From assembly GCA_031364845.1 (NCBI GenBank), contig JANLWX010000104.1:1-14092 (forward strand): a DNA stretch of 14,092 nt. The letters run 5' to 3'. The notes beneath the pieces were generated by a model. It searched no databases. It was given only the letters and a program-made list of their open reading frames with translations, and had not been told where the DNA came from. The translations under genes and the position numbers were made by a program. This DNA is from Candidatus Eiseniibacteriota bacterium (GTDB lineage: Bacteria; Eisenbacteria; RBG-16-71-46). Numbering within the stretch: the stretch's first letter is position 1; each line of letters begins with the position of its first letter. This document shows positions 8,549-14,092 of this stretch, in pieces.

Positions 8549-9543
8549 ACCTTCGCGCGCTCGCGCCCGGCGTGGTGATGTGCGTGGTGCTCGCCGCGCT
8601 GGCGCTGTGGCTCGCCGATCTTCCGTGGGTCAAGGACACGCTCCACGTGAGCGCGCTGCTGATCGTGATCGTGCTCGGCATGGTGTGGACCTCGCTGGTG
8701 GCACTGCCGGCCGTCGCGCAACCCGGCGTGCGGTTCGCGCAACGACCCATTCTGAGATGGGCGGTCGCGGGCCTCGGGTTTCGCCTGGCACTCGCGGAAC
8801 TGGCGAAGATCGGCGCGCCCGCGTTGGTGGTGGTCACCATCTCGACCTTCTCATCGCTCGCCTTCGGCTGGTGGATCGCGCGCCGGCTCGGCGTCGGCGA
8901 GAAGCTCGGTCTCCTGCTCGGAGTCGGCGGTGCCATCTGCGGCGCCTCGGCAGTGGTCGCCGCGGATTCGGTGGTGCAGGGCGAGAAGCGCGACTCGGCG
9001 ATCGCGCTCGGCGTCATCACGCTGCTCGGCACGATCGGCATCGTGATCTATCCGCTGATCCAGCGCGCCGCCGGCATGAGCGACTTTCTCTACGGCGTGT
9101 GGGACGGAGCGAGCCTGCACGAGATGGCGCAGGTCGTCGCCGCGGGCTTCGGCGTGAGCGACGAAGCCGCGCGCGTCGCGACGGTGGTGAAGCTCGCGCG
9201 CATCGCGCTGCTGGCGCCGGTGGTGCTCGGATTGAGCGCGTGGCTCAGGCGCAGGAATCAGGCGACCGGACAGGCCCACGTCTCGCCGGTGCCGTGGTTC
9301 CTCGTGCTGTTCGTGGTGTTCGCGATCGTCAACTCGAGCGGGATCCTGCCCGAAGCGTGGATCGCCTTCGCGCGGCGCGTCGACCTGTGGCTCTTGTGCG
9401 TCGGGATGGCGGGCGTCGGCCTCGTCACCGGCTTCGCCGACCTGCGGGCCGCCGGCATGCGGCCGATCCTCGCGGGTGCGGCGCAGTGGCTGTTCCTCGC
9501 GACGGTGTCGTTCGGGCTGGCGCGCGCGCTGTGCGGACCGTGA
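8545..9543 (+). CDS. YeiH / UPF0324 (putative sulfate exporter, PSE family) membrane protein
   Basis: Family motifs GGAICGASAVVAA, GASLHEMAQVVAAG, ATVVKLARIALLAPVV, VPWFLVLF and MAGVGL. About 10 TM segments. TTG start overlaps the CDO TGA stop (TTGA, 8545-8548). Confidence 0.88.
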   Translation: MNLRALAPGVVMCVVLAALALWLADLPWVKDTLHVSALLIVIVLGMVWTSLVALPAVAQPGVRFAQRPILRWAVAGLGFRLALAELAKIGAPALVVVTISTFSSLAFGWWIARRLGVGEKLGLLLGVGGAICGASAVVAADSVVQGEKRDSAIALGVITLLGTIGIVIYPLIQRAAGMSDFLYGVWDGASLHEMAQVVAAGFGVSDEAARVATVVKLARIALLAPVVLGLSAWLRRRNQATGQAHVSPVPWFLVLFVVFAIVNSSGILPEAWIAFARRVDLWLLCVGMAGVGLVTGFADLRAAGMRPILAGAAQWLFLATVSFGLARALCGP

Positions 9544-9553
9544 CGGCCCGAAG

Positions 9554-12500
9554 CTACTTGAGGATCACGAACCGCCGCGTGACGTTCCCGGCGGACGTCG
9601 CCACGCGATAGAAGTAGATCCCCGACTGGAGGCGCGCGCCGTCGGCACCGCGTCCGTCGAACACGACGCGATGCAGGCCCGCGCCGACTTCATCCTCGTC
9701 CAGCAGCGACCGCACGCGGCGGCCCGAGAGATCGAGCACCTCGATGCGCGCAGAACCGGCACGGGGCATCGCGAATGCGACGGTGCCGCCGGACCGCATC
9801 GGATTGGGGGCCGCGATCACCGCAAATTCGGCGCTGCCCGCGAGTTCCTCGATGCCGGTCGTCGAGCCGATCGCGTGGATGCCGATGTTGTCCACGTACA
9901 TGACCTCGTTCGGGACGACGGGATAGTCGAACACCTGAAAGTCGAGCGTCGAGCCCGCCACCATGATGAACCGGTCGACCGTCACGACCTGCCACGTGGC
10001 CGACAACGGAACGAACGGCGAGAACGTCGTGGAGCCCTGCTTCACGCCGTTCTTGAACTCGCGCACCTGAAGACGCGCGCGTCCGGTGCTCGAAGGCGAG
10101 CGCACCCATGCGCTGAAGCGATACGGCAGGCCGACGTGGTTCTGCGAAGTCTGTGTCACCCAGTTCGGACTGTCGTTGACGCCGAAGGTGACGAGCGAGT
10201 CCGGCCCGACGATCCGGATTCCATTCGGGCCATCGAATCCCCCGGTCGCGCGCTGGATCGTGCTGCCCGCATGCGGAATCCATCCGGCCAAGTCGGTCTC
10301 GACCGAAGGGTTGAGCGCGAAATTGAAACCGGGCGTGACGGGCGCCACGATGAGCGGCGCCGTGACGCTGTGCGAGAGCCCCGCGGAATCGGTCACGGTG
10401 AGATGCGCGATCCAGTTGCCGGCGCCATAGGTGTGCGCCTGCATGGCCGAGGCACTCGCGGACACGATCGTTCCGTCGCCGAAATCGAAAGCGTGGGACG
10501 CGATCGGTCCATCGGGATCGCTCGAACCGGTCGCATCGGCGAACGTCGAGAGTGGCGCATTCCCGGTCGCCGGAAGCATCGCGAGCACGGCGATCGGCGG
10601 ACGATTGACCGCGCGGACGGTCACTGTGCGCGTCGCGGGTGTCGCATCGGCGCCGCCGCGCGCATCGGACACCGTCAGCGTCACCACGTAAGTGCCCGGC
10701 GTCGCGAAAGTGATCGCACCCGGATCCTCGACCGTCGTCGCGGGGGCCGCGCCACCGAAGCTCCACGCGTATGTGAGCGGCAGGCTCGCATCGGCGTCGG
10801 TTCCACTGCCGGCGAACGTCACGCTGGCACCCGGCTCGATCGTCACGTCGGTAGCCGGAGTATCGATCACACCGTTGGGCATCGCGTTCGGCTGCAGCAC
10901 CGTCACCGTACGCGTCGCGGGCGTCGGATCCGACGACCCCAGCGCGTCCGTCACCGTGTAGGTCACGACGAACGTGCCGGCGGCGGAGAACGAAACCACA
11001 CCCGGATCCTCGATTGCGCCCGCCGGCGCACCACCGCCGAAGTTCCATGCATGGACGAGCGGCAGATGGCCATCGGGATCCGATGCTGTGCCCTGGAAGT
11101 CGACCCCCTGCCCGATCTCGACCGTTACATCGGCGAGCGGCAATGCAATCTCACCGTTCGGCGGCTGATTCGGGATCACGGTGATCTCGATCTCCGCGGG
11201 GGTGGGATCGGAGAGCCCTTCGCCGTCAGTCACGATGAGCTGCACGACGAAGCTGCCGATTTCGTGGAACGTCACGGGACCCGGATCCTCGACGTTCGTG
11301 TTCGGAGCCACTTCGTCGAAATTCCAGAAATACGAGAGCGGTTGGTTTCCGTCCGGATCAATACCGGAACCTTCGAAGTTCACACTCTCGCCCTGCTCGA
11401 TCGTCAGCGAGGCCGTGGGCGCGACGATGGTTCCATCGGGTGGGTGATTCACGGCCCCCACCGAGATCGTGCGGACGTCCGGCGTCGGGTCGGCGTAGCC
11501 GGCCGAATCCTGCACCGTGAAGCTCACGCGATAGACGCCGATCGAGTTGAACGCCACCGGACCCGGATCTTCCTGGGTCGTATTGGGCGCGCCGCCGCCA
11601 AAGTCCCACTGGTAGCGCAACGGCAGATGGCCATCGGGATCGAAGCCGGTTCCGGCGAACGACACCGCCTGGCCGGCATCGATCTCTAAGTCGGCGACCG
11701 GCGAATCGATGTGACTCTCGGGCGTGATGATCTTGATCGTGACGCTGTCGAACACCGAGCCGGGCGTGCAGATGACATCGTTGGGATTGCTGCCGGTGTC
11801 GCCGGGCGGCCCGCAGATCGCCTCGACGCGGATTTCGTTGGACGAGAACGCGAGCTTGACCGGTCCGTGCCGGAACGCGCGGAACGCCGACCACGAAGGT
11901 GGCGGACATCCGCCGAGATACAGACAGCCGCCCGAGGGATCGTCCTCCAGGTGGGAACCGCCGCCGCCTGCGGTGATGTGGATCACGCCGTTCTGCGCAA
12001 ACGTGCGCTCGTAATTGTGGCTGTGCCCGTTGAGATTGAGCTTGTACTTGTTGTGCGCGAGCCCGAGTTGACCCAGATAATTCTTGAGTGACGGCGCGCC
12101 CGGATGATGCGCCGACGAGAACGCGGGACGGTGTCCGAAGGTCACGATGAAGCCGATGTCGGGATCGTTCTGCGCGGAGTCCATCAGCGCGGAGGCTTTC
12201 GGATACCAGTCGGCCCACGCGCCGAGGAACGGCTCCGGGTACGCGATGAAGCGCACGTTGCCGTAGTCGAACCAGTACCAGTCTTCACCGGGTCCGCCGG
12301 CCGCCGGAGCGCCGGGTGATGTCCTCGGATTCGGAAAGTCGAACCGGCCTTTGTAGTTGCGGAAGTCATCGACGAACGCGCCGGTCTCGTATTCGTGGTT
12401 GCCCCATGCCGGCATGTACGCGGCATCCTGCGACCACACCATCACGTCGTTGAAGTGATTGTCGACCGCGGCCTGACCGTGGGCATTGCCGTAGGTGAGA

Positions 12501-12946
12501 TCGCCGAGCATGAGCGTGAAGTCGGGGTTCTGATCGGCGACCTGCTGCTGCACGATGCCCATGCGCCAGTAGCGCACGGCACTGCCGATGTCGCCCTGGG
12601 CCATGACGGTGAAGTCCGAGCGGCCCGGCGCGCGCGGGGTGCGGAACGTGTGATCGGCTCCGGCGCCGATCGAATAATGGTAGACCGTGTCGGGGAGGAG
12701 GCCGGTGAGCCGCGCTTCCCAGAATGGTCCGGCCGAGGACCATGGCAACGGCGAGGGCGTGTAGGCGGTGGCGGAAAGTCCATAGGCCGGCGTGAGCCCG
12801 TATTGAATCGAGCTTTCGGCGCCCCGCCAGTCGAACGAGACCGATGTGGGACCGGTGAAGGTCCAATGGATCTCATCCGCCGCGCGCGCGGGCGCGGGCG
12901 CGCTCAGCACGAGCGCGACCATGGCGGCCATGATGGAACGCTTCAC
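9554..12946 (-). CDS. Secreted purple acid phosphatase-type metallophosphoesterase with 5 PKD-like domains, a CBM4/9-like domain and a T9SS-A/FlgD-Ig-like C-terminal domain
   Basis: GTG start at 12946 after SD GAGGG, then signal peptide (V/M)KRSIMAAMVALVLSAPAPARA. FN3-like PAP N-domain (LTGLLPDTVYHYSIG) and the five PAP motifs GDIG, GDLTY, GNHE, TFGH, GHSH. PKD repeats (WDFGGG/FDFGDG, TVTD), CBM-like NPSVE...YRFSAWVR...YVDNI, and C-terminal PNP...DLSGRRVRSL...SGIYFYRV...RRFVILK. Confidence 0.88.
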   Translation of the reverse strand: MKRSIMAAMVALVLSAPAPARAADEIHWTFTGPTSVSFDWRGAESSIQYGLTPAYGLSATAYTPSPLPWSSAGPFWEARLTGLLPDTVYHYSIGAGADHTFRTPRAPGRSDFTVMAQGDIGSAVRYWRMGIVQQQVADQNPDFTLMLGDLTYGNAHGQAAVDNHFNDVMVWSQDAAYMPAWGNHEYETGAFVDDFRNYKGRFDFPNPRTSPGAPAAGGPGEDWYWFDYGNVRFIAYPEPFLGAWADWYPKASALMDSAQNDPDIGFIVTFGHRPAFSSAHHPGAPSLKNYLGQLGLAHNKYKLNLNGHSHNYERTFAQNGVIHITAGGGGSHLEDDPSGGCLYLGGCPPPSWSAFRAFRHGPVKLAFSSNEIRVEAICGPPGDTGSNPNDVICTPGSVFDSVTIKIITPESHIDSPVADLEIDAGQAVSFAGTGFDPDGHLPLRYQWDFGGGAPNTTQEDPGPVAFNSIGVYRVSFTVQDSAGYADPTPDVRTISVGAVNHPPDGTIVAPTASLTIEQGESVNFEGSGIDPDGNQPLSYFWNFDEVAPNTNVEDPGPVTFHEIGSFVVQLIVTDGEGLSDPTPAEIEITVIPNQPPNGEIALPLADVTVEIGQGVDFQGTASDPDGHLPLVHAWNFGGGAPAGAIEDPGVVSFSAAGTFVVTYTVTDALGSSDPTPATRTVTVLQPNAMPNGVIDTPATDVTIEPGASVTFAGSGTDADASLPLTYAWSFGGAAPATTVEDPGAITFATPGTYVVTLTVSDARGGADATPATRTVTVRAVNRPPIAVLAMLPATGNAPLSTFADATGSSDPDGPIASHAFDFGDGTIVSASASAMQAHTYGAGNWIAHLTVTDSAGLSHSVTAPLIVAPVTPGFNFALNPSVETDLAGWIPHAGSTIQRATGGFDGPNGIRIVGPDSLVTFGVNDSPNWVTQTSQNHVGLPYRFSAWVRSPSSTGRARLQVREFKNGVKQGSTTFSPFVPLSATWQVVTVDRFIMVAGSTLDFQVFDYPVVPNEVMYVDNIGIHAIGSTTGIEELAGSAEFAVIAAPNPMRSGGTVAFAMPRAGSARIEVLDLSGRRVRSLLDEDEVGAGLHRVVFDGRGADGARLQSGIYFYRVATSAGNVTRRFVILK
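10345..11728 (-). repeat. Tandem PKD/Ig-like domain repeats inside the phosphatase gene
   Basis: Repeat starts at about 11728, 11449, 11170, 10888 and 10606 (spacings 279, 279, 282, 282 nt). Repeats 1-4 share DPDGxxPLxYxWxF...EDPG...TVxD...DPTP. Repeat 5 is a more canonical PKD domain (GNAPL...DPDG...FDFGDG). Confidence 0.85.
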
Positions 12947-13268
12947 GTTTCCCTCAGTTCTGTGTCCTTGGGTCCTGCACGGGGCCTGACGAGATGTGGT
13001 TAGAGGCCTCGCCCGAAGCATTCGCGAGTCGAGCCATGTCGAATATCGGCCGGATTCGCGTGGGTTTTTCCCTGTATCGCAACTTTCGACGCTGCCCCGC
13101 GGCAATGGCGCGTCGTGTCGAACAGGGTTCCCTTGCGATGAACAAGTCTAGCGGACCGCCCCACCTGAACGGCAAGTTGCAAGATGCACGATCCGCATTC
13201 GTTACCGGGCGTTAACGCGGCGGCGCGCATCGCGTCCCGGTTGCGGCGGCGGCGGGAGCCGCGAAGAT

Positions 13269-14090
13269 TCAGCGCGCGGGCCGCGGGCGGGTGAGCTCCC
13301 GGTAGAACTCGGGACGTCGTGACCGGAACAGATGCGTGAGCGGGCTGAGCGCCTTGTCGCGGCACACGGCGAGATCGATGTCGGCCGCCAGCGCAGCGTC
13401 GCCGGACTTCCGGGCACGAACGAGCACGTCGCCGCGGGGCCCCACGATCTGGCTGCGACCGGTGAACGGGACCGAGCCGCCGGGGCGCGTTTCGGTTCCG
13501 GTACGGTTCGCGGTGACGGTGGCGAGCCGGTTCTCAATCGAGCGCACCCGCATCGCCTCCTGCGCGTTCGCGTAGACGAGGTTCGAAGGATGGGCGATCA
13601 CGTCCGCGCTGAGCAGCGCCAGCGCGCGCGCGGTCTCGGGAAAGCGCCAGTCGAAGCAGATCAGCATCCCCACGCGCGCCGGGCCCACGCGATGCACGGC
13701 GAGCGGAATGTTGCCGGGCGAGAACCACTCCTGCTCGCGCTCGAACAGGTGGAGCTTGCGGTAGATCGCCTTCACCCCGGAAGGCCCGACCAGCATCGCG
13801 CTGTTGTAGAAGCGCCCGCGGTGACGCTCGGGAAATCCGGCGACGTAGTGGCGCTTCTCGCGCCGCGCGGCACCGTGGACGGCGCGCGCGGTCACTCCAG
13901 TCTTCGAATCCTCGGCGAGGGACGCGACTTCGGCGTGCGAAGAGAACACGTAGCCCGACGACCACAGCTCGGGCAGCACGACGAGATCGGCCGCGACGCC
14001 GGCCGCAAGCGCCAGGCCGCGCTCGAGATTCTCCTCCGCACGCCCGAAGCGCGGGCGGCCCTGCACGAATGCGACGCGAAAGTTCGTCAT
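13269..14090 (-). CDS. Carbon-nitrogen hydrolase (nitrilase superfamily)
   Basis: Catalytic Glu-Lys-Cys triad in VLPELW, YRKLHLF and ICFDWRFPE; also FYNSA, RSIEN, ANRTG and FTGRSQIVGPRG. The start lies at the window edge, so its RBS cannot be seen. Confidence 0.92.
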   Translation of the reverse strand: MTNFRVAFVQGRPRFGRAEENLERGLALAAGVAADLVVLPELWSSGYVFSSHAEVASLAEDSKTGVTARAVHGAARREKRHYVAGFPERHRGRFYNSAMLVGPSGVKAIYRKLHLFEREQEWFSPGNIPLAVHRVGPARVGMLICFDWRFPETARALALLSADVIAHPSNLVYANAQEAMRVRSIENRLATVTANRTGTETRPGGSVPFTGRSQIVGPRGDVLVRARKSGDAALAADIDLAVCRDKALSPLTHLFRSRRPEFYRELTRPRPAR

Positions 14091-14092
14091 GC

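Noticed and set aside
5460..9611. Long off-frame ORFs over cax, MFS and yeiH (403, 318, 343 aa)
   Set aside because: Stop-poor alternative frames produced by GC-rich codons of hydrophobic proteins; no recognisable features.
9476..11689. 737-aa ORF on + antisense to the phosphatase gene
   Set aside because: Arg/Gly/His-rich with no motifs. Its periodicity mirrors the PKD repeats on the other strand, typical of a shadow ORF in high-GC DNA.
10607..11728. Periodic DNA similarity considered as a CRISPR array or other nucleotide-level repeat system
   Set aside because: The period of 279-282 nt is in frame and degenerate at synonymous positions, so it is explained by protein domain repeats. No cas or reverse transcriptase gene is in the window.
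12947..13105. 53-aa N-terminal extension of the phosphatase in the ORF track
   Set aside because: The signal peptide and SD fit GTG 12946; the extension would bury the signal peptide.
13217..13256. GCG/GGC trinucleotide runs after the nitrilase stop
   Set aside because: Only 3-4 units in very GC-rich DNA; expected by chance and not a convincing terminator or repeat array.

Overview
High-GC bacterial chromosomal segment (about two-thirds G+C by eye) with nine intact, recognisable genes and no mobile element, CRISPR array, tRNA or rRNA that I can support. In order: class II B12-dependent ribonucleotide reductase nrdJ (+), a class I SAM methyltransferase (+), a tandem-domain universal stress protein (-), a Ca2+/H+ antiporter (+), an MFS transporter (-), a cysteine dioxygenase-family cupin (+) translationally coupled to a YeiH/PSE-family exporter (+), a large secreted purple-acid-phosphatase-type enzyme with five PKD-like domains, a CBM4/9-like domain and a T9SS-A/FlgD-Ig-like C-terminal domain (-), and a carbon-nitrogen hydrolase (-). 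The C-terminal sorting-type domain in a high-GC genome suggests an FCB-related lineage such as Ca. Eisenbacteria (inference). The best candidate for an undescribed system is the MFS <- -> CDO-yeiH module. It looks like a cysteine-oxidation plus sulfite/sulfinate-export unit, appears to be driven by one symmetric bidirectional -10 element, and its CDO keeps the Cys used for the Cys-Tyr crosslink in mammalian CDO.
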